Shown piece by piece: positions 1-9,400 of a DNA stretch of 64,000 nucleotides. Both the position numbers and the translations under genes were made by a program. Position 1 is the stretch's first letter; each line of letters opens with the position of its first letter. Location: positions 43,836,001 to 43,900,000 of the forward strand of contig NC_087436.1 in assembly GCF_036321535.1 (NCBI RefSeq). Direction: 5' to 3'. A model generated the notes under the pieces. That model ran no database searches. It saw only the letters and a list, made by a program, of their open reading frames with translations, and was not told where the DNA came from. Source of the DNA: Camelus dromedarius. Its lineage: Eukaryota.

Positions 1-259
1 AACTGCTTTCCCCGGGATTCTGACCCCCATTAACTAATTCCTCGGATCCCAACGTCCGGGAGCTAGGAAGCCGGGCAGCGCCGGGTGCTGTGCGTGCGCG
101 AGCGCTGGGCGGGGGGGGGGGGGGGTGCAGCCGCGAGGATCCAGGCGGGGGCGGTCACCCTGGTCTCCCCACCGGCCCCCCAGCGCCCCGGCCCCTAATG
201 AGCTGCTGAAAGGGAGCGGCTCCGGTGCGCGTGGCTCGCAGGCCTCCTGGAGTCCGGGG

Positions 260-750
260 CGCCCTGATTGGCCAGCTGCGCCTCGCGACCTCCATTCATT
301 AATAAATTAGCGGCACGCTCCAGCCGAGCGCGAGCCACCAATCACAATGGGCAGCGGCGGCGACAACAGCCGCAGCTTGAGCCGATGCCGCCGCCACGGC
401 TTCAGCAGTCCGACCGCAGCCTCGAGCTCCAACAGGAGCTTTAGAACCATTTTATGCTGATTAGATAAAGGGGGAAAAGGAAGGAGGGGGTGATGGGAGG
501 AGGAGGAGGATGGATGGCAGGGCCAGGGGAGGGGGGAAGTGGGTGAAGCAAGAGAAAGAAATGAATGATGATAATGCAATGAAAAGAGTAAGCCAGGGAG
601 GGAGAAGCGGGGGAGAAGAGGGGGGCGGCACAGGAGGGGAGGAGGAGGCGGCGGCGGCCGGGGGTAGGGGGAGGTGGGGGCCCTGGGGGCAGATCTGATT
701 GTTTTCTTGGTGGTATATAAGGGGTTTTAAGGAGAGTCGTGTGCCAGACA
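260..750 (+). promoter_or_regulatory. NEUROG2: NEUROG2 proximal promoter with TATA and CCAAT boxes
   Basis: TATATAA at 714-720; inverted CCAAT (ATTGG 267-271) and CCAAT 338-342; E-box CAGCTG 273-278; SOX-type ACAATG 344-349; TAAT-rich homeodomain-type block 294-310. Confidence 0.75.
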
Positions 751-1070
751 CGCAGCCACTGAACCACAAGCAGCTTCGCTTTAACTGGAGTGCCTGGGAG
801 TCGCGTGCCAGGAGCCGCACGGCCGGGGACTGACTGACAGACAGACACGCACCACCACCACAACACACGAGACCCGGGCAGGTCGCCGCGGCCGCCGGGG
901 CTCTTGGCAAACTCGCCCGTCGGAGCGGTCCCCTGCGGAGCCGCGCTGCAGTAGCGCCAGACCCGCTGCTTCCAAGCGGGCAGAAGGAGCAGCGCTGCGC
1001 TCCCGGCTGCGTGGAGAATCACGGCACACGCTAAAGTAAGAGCGACGCCGAGGCACACAAAGCGAACTAA
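748..1070 (+). other. NEUROG2: NEUROG2 non-coding exon 1 (5' UTR); start approximate
   Basis: Begins about 30 nt after the TATA box, contains no ATG, and ends at the consensus donor TAA|GTAAGT (1071). Intron 1071-1405 ends in a pyrimidine tract plus CAG. Confidence 0.75.
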
Positions 1071-1406
1071 GTAAGTATCCGCGCTGCGGCTTCCAACTTG
1101 TAAGGGTGTTTCCTGCACTCTGTCCCACCACAACTGAACGCCCTTTGCTCGCGCGGACTCTTTGTCGCGGGGCCTCAGTCCCTTCTCGGGAACAGCCCGC
1201 TGAATTCGGGACCTAGCTGGCCGGCGATGGGGTCACAACGAGGGGCGCTCCTGAGCTTGGAGATCCCTGGCGGTGTTTCCTCCCTAACTACGCTTCTCCT
1301 TGGCGCCGTTCAGAGCCAATCTTCTCGGGTGCGCGCACCAATAACGTGCCTCTACTTTTATATTTACATCTCATTTTGTTCTTTCTCCCTACCTCTCTTC
1401 TCCAGG

Positions 1407-2225
1407 ATGTTTGTCAAATCCGAGAGCTTGGAGTTGAAGGAGGAAGAGGACGTGCTGGTGCTGCTCGGCTCGACCTCCCCCGCCTCGGCTGCTCTGACCC
1501 CGCAGTCTTCCAGCGCCGACGAGGAAGAAGAGGAGGAGCTGGGCGAGTCGGGCGGGGCGCGTCGGCAGCGTGCGGCAGAGGCCGGGCCCACGGCGCGGGG
1601 CGGCTCGCCGGGCGGAGCCGAGGGCTGTCGGCCCACACGGCTACTGGGTCTGGTGCACGAGTGCAAACGGCGCCCGTCTAGGGCGCGGGCTGTTTCCCGT
1701 GGAGCCAAAACGGCCGAGACGGTGCAACGCATCAAGAAGACCCGTAGACTGAAGGCCAACAACCGCGAGCGCAACCGCATGCACAACCTCAACGCGGCGC
1801 TGGACGCTCTGCGTGAGGTGCTCCCCACTTTCCCCGAGGACGCCAAGCTCACCAAGATCGAGACCTTGCGCTTTGCCCACAACTACATCTGGGCGCTCAC
1901 CGAGACCCTGCGCCTGGCCGACCACTGCGGGGGCGCCGGGGGAGGCCTGCCGGGGGCGCTCTTCTCCGAGACGGTGTTGCTGAGCCCAGGAGGCGCTAGC
2001 GCCGGCCTGAGCAGCAGCGGAGATAGCCCTTCGCCTGCCTCCATGTGGAGCTGCACCAACAGCCCCGCGCCGTCCTCCTCCGCGTCCTCCAACTCCACTT
2101 CTCCCTACAGCTGCACTTTATCTCCTGCCAGCCCGGCGGGTTCAGACATGGACTATTGGCAGCCTCCACCTACCGACAAACACCGCTACGCACCTCACCT
2201 CCCCGTAGTTAGGGACTGTATCTAG
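1407..2225 (+). CDS. NEUROG2: Neurogenin-2, proneural bHLH transcription factor (272 aa, single coding exon)
   Basis: Starts [22 protein letters not shown]; atonal/neurogenin b[62 protein letters not shown]-rich C-terminus with SPASP and DYW. The ATG lies 1 nt after the splice acceptor (ccag|G ATG). Confidence 0.98.
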   Translation: MFVKSESLELKEEEDVLVLLGSTSPASAALTPQSSSADEEEEEELGESGGARRQRAAEAGPTARGGSPGGAEGCRPTRLLGLVHECKRRPSRARAVSRGAKTAETVQRIKKTRRLKANNRERNRMHNLNAALDALREVLPTFPEDAKLTKIETLRFAHNYIWALTETLRLADHCGGAGGGLPGALFSETVLLSPGGASAGLSSSGDSPSPASMWSCTNSPAPSSSASSNSTSPYSCTLSPASPAGSDMDYWQPPPTDKHRYAPHLPVVRDCI

Positions 2226-3356
2226 AGCCGCCATCTCTTCTACCCACGCCAGGCCTTAGTGGGTTCCCTTTCCTGTCCCCAGTCAAGCATTCCTCCCAAC
2301 CCTCTCTTGCCCCCACCTCCCACGCCCTGGAAACCATCTAGCTTTTCAGAGCAGTTGTAGCCGGTCTGATTCCTCGGTTGTTTGTTGCATTCCTGGGCTA
2401 AGGGTTTTCTTCATTCAGATGGGCTCTAATTTATTGAGCGTGTGATGGAGCTTATTGTCAAAGGATGGTAGAGTTTGGAAGCGGGGAGACTCCTTAAGTC
2501 TAAAAAGATGCTGAGAAGAGATGAAGGTGGCATGTCTAAAGAGTGCAGAGCGGACTGACGCTCCTCCCCTCTCTCGGTGCAGTTCGTGTGAATCTCCCAG
2601 GGAGAATGCAACTGGTTCCTGCGATCTCTTCACCTTTGCTTCTACATAGAGATGTTAATGTCGAGTAGAAAGAAACGTATCTTAGCATCTGAATTATTTT
2701 ACCGGTAATAATATTATCCACAGATTTGCAATGGCTGGCATCTGCTTTATTCCCATTGCTTTCTGCAGGCTGTGGGAATTTCACCTGTCAAACCAAACTT
2801 TCTCTCTCTGATGTGCACTTTGTTCTGTTTCCCAGATTCGTCACAATGCCTATTGTCCTGCTCTTCTCTTCCCTTTTTCTTCTCCATTTTGCCATCTGTC
2901 TCTTATGATTTATAAGGGGAAAAAAGTTGTTTTGTTAGAGGGCCAGGTTAGAAGTCATTGTATAATTTGTAGGCTTTGTAATGATTGAATGCAAGCGTGG
3001 AAATTTAGGCTGAACTCTCTATCAAAAGGAAAAATGTGGAGGAAAAGGGAAAAATCAGGAGGGAGGATTGCTTCATGCATTATTTATCTCGACCTTTTAG
3101 GGGAGAAGGAACTCCCCCATTCTTTTAAGAGATTAAAATTAAATCAACAGACTGAAAACCTAAGCAGACACGGAGCATTATCAGGATCAGCCACACACGT
3201 GTTTCCTTCTATTTATTATAAAGAAAATTTTCATGGGGAAAGTATGTATTTTTTGTATATTCTACAGAGTTTATTCTAGTATGTATTTACATCTTGGAAG
3301 AACAAGAAAATTGTTCATGTGATTAAAGTATAAATACAGTATCTAATTTTCATAAT
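2226..3356 (+). other. NEUROG2: NEUROG2 3' UTR with candidate poly(A) signals
   Basis: About 1.1 kb with no visible repeats, AU-rich distally; ATTAAA 3322-3327 and AATACA 3333-3338 are followed by a GT-rich element (about 3359-3370). Confidence 0.65.
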
Positions 3357-5329
3357 TTATGTGTGTCGTATTATAACTTTTTCCTGCTTATGTAGAAGAA
3401 CGAGTTGCATTTTTCTGAAATACTCCCTATATCAAATTGAGTAGAGCAATTGTATTTTCCCTCAATGTTTGTGTGTACAATTTCAGTGACATAAACTCTA
3501 AGCAATCACAGGAGGCTGAATACACTAACACTGACATAAAAGTGTAAGTCTCAATACAAACAAAATTTGATTTTTAAGAACTCAATTTCTGGGCAAACAA
3601 GATTAGTTTTAAAACAGGATTTAAATTATAATTGCCATAATAAGCACCAAAGTACAGAAACATTGATTTTAAAAAATAGTGAAGTTGAAATTTCTTAGTA
3701 GAGTATGTAGAAATTTGGTTCTTACATTTCACTTCTTTGACTTCAGTTATCTGTAAACTAAAGGGATTGGACAGTGATCTCTAAGGTCCCCTTCTGGCTC
3801 TGACATCTCTGATGTAACTGAGTATTTATAAATTCATTATTGGAAGCTGATTTCATAGTAGCTAATCCAATCTTTGTTAAAGCAGTTACATAGTCAAAAC
3901 TGCTTCAAAAAGAAAGCAAAAATGGTTTCCTAATCTCCAGGATACAGAATTCTATAACTTCCACATCAATCTCCAAAGCAGAAATGAATGACCTTTGGCC
4001 TTGGATCAAAGATGACCAAGTGAAGGTTGGCCATAATCTAAATGTAAGCCTCTTAGGAGAGGGTGTCCAGGACAACACAAGCTGGAAAAAGATCATGTGG
4101 GCAAAGAAATGTTGGTTGTTCAGTCTCCCCTACCCCATGAATTTCATATCTGCTTCCAGTTTGAGCTAAATCCTCCACTCCTATGCATAAAGCAATAATA
4201 AATCTGAGATGTTTATATGAAACTACTCCTCCTCTTAATCCATGTGGAAAGTACTAAGTGTTTAATTTCTTAATAACTCCATTTTTATCAAAGGAAGAAA
4301 CAACCCAGAATTTGTTTTTCATCTCTAGATATATGGGAGACCTGTTGGAAAACCCCTTCTAGTTTAAAGATTGTATTTTTCTTAGCCATCCTTGATTATC
4401 TGATAAGAGGAGAAAGAGATATTTCTCTTACATTCATATTTATGTTTGTGGTGGTCAAGAAGCCAACCCAGCAAGCAGAGCAGTTGCAGTAGGAGAGCTT
4501 TAAGACATCACAGTTTTAATGCCAAACAACTGTTCTCTCAGGGATGATGATGCTTGTGATGGCTGTAGGATGCTTCTCTGGGAAATTTGCCAAGGGAACA
4601 GTTCATGACACAGGTCTGTGGAGGCAAATCCTCAGGTGCAGGTACTCTTCCAGAGGAATGCAGGAAACCTCAGTTGGCGAGGGGATCCCATAAACAAATG
4701 ACCCTAACGGCTTATTTGGAGATGCACAGATAGGGAGAGGGTTCAATAATCGTAATTTTGAGTAAGAGTAATACAGCTTACAACTTCACCTGAGACCTAG
4801 CTGAGTTTAGCAGCTACCTCCACACAATTTCTCCAGGACGAGACCCGTTCAATGAGAGCTTGCAGGTCCCTTTACACATCAGTAGCATGACATACGTGGC
4901 AGGAATTCTGTCTACCACCTGCCATCTCAGGCTTTTTCTTCCCCATCTACAGAAGACCTTGTTTTACACTAAATTGGTGCAATTAATTTTTATGGTGTCT
5001 AATCACTTTCAGCAGTTAAGAGTGATGCTCTTTCTGCCTCGCGCGTTGGGAATTCTCCTTCCCAGCCCGCTGCAACCTCCACAGCCTGTGGGCTGAGGCC
5101 CAGCCGTCCTCTCCCCTCCTCTGTGGGAATGAGAACTCCAGCTCGGAGCTTCAGCACTAGGGAACACAGGCGCTCTTCCATTCCATCCATTTCCCTCCCC
5201 ACGTTGTGACCTCCCTGTGACGAGCTGTCTGTGTCTGCGCCAAGCGGGCGCGTGGGCATCTGAGTCAAGCCATTCTATTTCTGAAGCTGTCTGCTGAGAG
5301 ACGATTCAAGCAAGGCCATGGAGACGTTC

Positions 5330-6470
5330 TTCTGATAACAGTCCCAAACCGCCCGAGTTGCCAGCTCTTTCCAGCGCCAAGGGCTCGCGGCGCGTGTTTA
5401 CCTAAGAGCGGAGAGGTGCGAGAGCTGCTCTTGTCCTGGTTGGAGCGTCGCTTCGGCGCCTCCAGGCTTCGGGCACTGGTTGTATTTATTTGTCCTGAAG
5501 TACCCAGGCCTTGTTAAGGCTGATTTTTTTCCCCCTCACTAGATTTAAAATAAATCCATCTGAAGGCCAACAAGGAAGAAAAAACGGAAGCAGAGAGGCG
5601 GGCTACCAACCGCTGGGCCTGCCGCGGGCCCAGGGCCCAGGCCCAGGCTGGGGCGCCCGGGGCCCGGCCGCACTGGGGCAGGAGCCCGGTGGGAGCCCTC
5701 CCGGGTCGAGGCGTGCGGGCCGGGTGGAGGCGAGGTTGTCAGAAGGCCCCAGGAGGCCTTGGCCAGGATGGAGCGAGGGTCCAATCGGCCCGTTACCCGC
5801 GAAGTGCATCTAGGCCCGAGGCCCGCTTCAGCCGCGCCCACCCTAGCGTCCGGGTCGGGTCCGCTGGAGAGGCTGGGAGTAGCGAGCCGCCGCCCGCCGC
5901 CTGCACTCCCTGCATCGCACAGCCTTGGGCAGATTGTGACTTCTGGGCATCGACACCTGGAACCCGTTAAAAGCGCCTCCTCCACACGCCCGGCCTCGGC
6001 CTCTCCCTCCACCCCCAGGCTCTCGGGTCCCAGGCGAGCTTTGAATGTATTAATTAAATAAAGCAGGCAGCCCTTGAATCGCGCCAATGCAGGGCGCTCC
6101 CGGGAGCGTGAAAGTCTCGGCCTCCGAATCTGCAAAAGAAAATGTGTGAAAAGAGAATTAGTGAAATTAGGTTAGACCAATAAAACGTGAGGGCTCCAAC
6201 AGCCCCCTGCCCGCTCCCCCAGCCTGGGGCTAGAAGGGCTATCTGGTCTGATCTATTGTTTCCCGCCCTGGCAGGGGGTTCATTGTGTGATAAATAATTC
6301 CCCCTCCATTTTATTCTTTAAAAAAAATGGGTATTTGCATAATCACTGCTTTGATGTGGCCAGAAATCGGAGGCTTGGTCTCCCCAAGTCTGCTATTGGT
6401 AGTGAAGCAACAAAGCTCTATCCAGATCTTTCACTTTGCTGACAGTGTGTGGTGAAGATTGTCAGAAGCT
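5330..6470. promoter_or_regulatory. Downstream CpG island and putative NEUROG2 3' neural enhancer
   Basis: CpG-dense 5330-6130, followed by a TF-motif-dense block (SOX, octamer, TCF/LEF, CCAAT, TAAT, MEIS). The position matches the general location of known mouse Neurog2 3' enhancers. Confidence 0.6.
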
Positions 6471-9400
6471 AAGCTGAGGGCTCCTTTTTTTTTTTTTTTC
6501 TTTCTTTAAAGGATCCACTTTAATGATTAAACCTAAAGAATGTCCAAAAAAAAAAAAAAAATGAGGAGAGGGTGGAAGGCTAGGCTTCTCTCCCTCCTCC
6601 ACCTCCCTCTGCCCTTCGGGGTTCATTGTTCTCGGCAGTTTCTTTTCCAAAGCTCTTGGGTGGGGGTGCTCCTCCCTTGGGGCCTCCTCACGTGGCTCGC
6701 AGTGGGCACCCCCAGGGGTCCGCCGACGCCAAGGAGGGGCGAGGCCTACAGGAGCTGTTCTCATCCCCCACCCGTTTTTCTTTTCCCAGTTTGGTTTATC
6801 CAATCTGGATGAGGGTCGTCTTACGGAGGACGCCTAATTGAGCTGCTCTTTGGTCCCCGACTGGAATCCGGGCGAGGGGGGAGGTCCCCTGGGAACGCAA
6901 CTTGAGGGCAGTTTCAGATGGTCCCCGACCGGAGAGAGGAGCAAAGAAATTCAGTCATCCGAATAACAGATCGGGAAAGCCAGTGTGTCCGGAGCTATTA
7001 TTTTCCTGCAAGGTGGCGTGAATCGGAGGATGGAGTGGGAAAGAATCCTGATGGTGTGTGCGCTACAATAAATGACTTTTTTTCCCCCTTCTCGGTGCCA
7101 GGGTCGCGGGAGGAGGGAAGGCGATGGGAGTGCTCCTGTTCTGTCTGCTTTCGTTCGCACCTGGCTTCTCTAGCCCCTCAAGCGCGAAGAGGGGAAAAAT
7201 CAACTTGGATTATTGACTAGGAACATCATGTGAAAGGCCGGTGCTGCCTGAGCAAACGGACAGGTGCCAGCTCTGCCCTCCACCCTGGGTAGGTTTCACT
7301 TGTGGGAGAAAACGCTCAGCCTCACGGGACCAGAGCGCAGGAATCCAGGAGGGAGGTGGCGGGATGCAAACAGGAAAGGAGGAAGATCCGCGAAGTCCCT
7401 GTGCTACCAGGGTCCCATTCTCTGGCCCTCCTCCGAGTTCCCGCATCTTACTGAGCTGGACCCCAGGCCATTCTTCTGGTGTCCCACCAGCTTTGGATGC
7501 AGAGCTTCAGGGTTGTTTAGCTCATTATCAACTTTAAAAAAAAAACTTAATCTTTCCCTTTTTCTTTTCAAGGCTGTAACTGTATAAGCAATCAGTTTTA
7601 TTCATATCAAATTTCTCACAAAAATCACACTTCTTATGAAACAAAAGGACTTGGGATCCAAGATTCTTCCCGATGGAACATACTTTTAATTTTGTTTCGA
7701 TTTTGAGGGCCCTTTCGAGTCACATTACCTGGTAGATACTGTAGGTGTAAGAAATCAAGAGGCAAAAAGTTAGTTATTTCAAAGGACACATCTCCAAGAG
7801 AGGTTGTTGGGACTGTAGCTGGGCTTTCAAGGATTCAGTAAGTACATATCTTATTGAATTGTAGAACAGACTGTTCCACCAGTATTTTCCTTAATTTCTC
7901 CTTCCTTTCTAATGATTCTATCATCACCTTCGTTTCCTTTCACTCCAGGACCTGGAAGCATACCTGGAGACGTTAAACAATGGAGCAAAGAGCTGAAGAC
8001 TTTCAGCTATCTTCATCTAGAAACAATTAAGTTAAAGTGCTGAAGTCTACGTTAAATGCAGACAGGAACCTACAAAATAAGCAGAGAAAACTGGGGGCTG
8101 GTTTCCATGGGAGCAGCTTGCAATAAAGCCTAATTCCTTGTGACAAAGAGGTCATCTTCCTTTTCAAATGTGTTTATGATCTCTTTGTGCATTGTGTTTT
8201 GGTATAAAAGCTTCTCTGCGCTGTCAGGGCTCCACAGGCAGCTCTATGACTCTCAAGGGGGTTTATTGCCTCCCTGGTATAAGAATAGCAGAAAGAAGCC
8301 AAACTAGTGCCACTGTGACAAAAGAGTAACCCCACGGGCTTGCTTTCTTTCTATAAGACATAAATCTTGCCATGCACTGAAATAATTAAAAAGTGAGGAA
8401 TTCTGGAATAACTTTGATTTTGTGTTTTTTTCTACCTTTTACATATATTGAAACAGTTCATGTGAACATATACAAGAAGATTGATTCAATGTGAAGATAT
8501 GATTTTCATTTTGCCTTATTTTCCAGATAATTTGGAAAAGAAATCAAATGAGGTAAAACCTTGAACATACCTTTGAAACTATGTGGAGGAAAGTCTAACC
8601 ATAAACTTTAGATAAGTATTGTATTAATACATTAATACTTCTTTTATATTAGAGTGCCTAGGACATGATCAAAAATGTTTTTTGAATCAAGCCTATCTAA
8701 ACTAAGAATATCTTCCTTAACTCTCAAAATTGCCATGGCAGCACCTTGGCATAGACAAAGAAAACACGATTTTGCTGATAGGGCAGTAAAGCAAATAAAA
8801 GTGTTGAGTTCAAATCCAGTGTTTCTCTTGAATTAGAAGGAAATGTTTCACTATATCTGCCACATGGGCACTGCATAGTAAAGCCTTGCCAGTAGAGCTT
8901 GTGGTGGCTTTGCAAAGAAAGTTTCTGTCATTTTCAGTAGACCTAGGAGAGGCCATCTGACATCTTCAGTCTGGGAAGTATCAGAAAGAGTGTAGCGAAC
9001 ACTGAGTCTTATTTTTCTGTAAGCAAATAATTTAAATAGGATTAAGTTCTATTTGGGCAAAACTGTTCTGCAATGTTAGACTGTTCTGCTCCCCTACACC
9101 AGGGAGAGTTGTGTAAACTTCCGAGAGTTTTCCCAGAGTAAAATCATTTCAAATCACAGAAGATGAAGCTGAACTGATGAAGGCACTGGCCAGAGGTACC
9201 CACTTCACCTTCACATTATTCTGAAACTCTCGGGTACTCACGTCTTTGATAACAACGTGTATAAGATAACAATGGTGATAATACATTACAAAGCAGGCTG
9301 GAGCAAATGCCTACATTGACAGCTACTGGTCATAGCTCTCCAGATGATTCCTAGTTCTGTATCTTTCCACTGAAAAGATACCGAAGTTCAATTTTCTTCA

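Larger units (their letters stand above)
40..2230. promoter_or_regulatory. CpG island covering the NEUROG2 promoter and gene body
   Basis: Very high GC and dense CpG dinucleotides from about 40 to the stop codon, with an abrupt shift to AT-rich sequence after about 2.7 kb. Confidence 0.9.

Noticed and set aside
441..1133. 230-aa minus-strand ORF and other ORFs overlapping the NEUROG2 promoter and CDS
   Set aside because: Low-complexity Pro/Arg/Ala-rich translations expected in stop-poor GC-rich DNA, with no domain. An antisense non-coding RNA cannot be excluded but is not demonstrable from sequence.
1227..1406. Treating the 332-aa ORF start as the canonical NEUROG2 start
   Set aside because: The segment is intronic (donor 1071, acceptor 1404-1405) and the conserved protein begins MFVK at 1407; kept only as a speculative isoform.
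5511..6135. Overlapping 68-196 aa ORFs in the downstream CpG island
   Set aside because: Present in several frames on both strands, compositionally biased, and with no recognisable homology.
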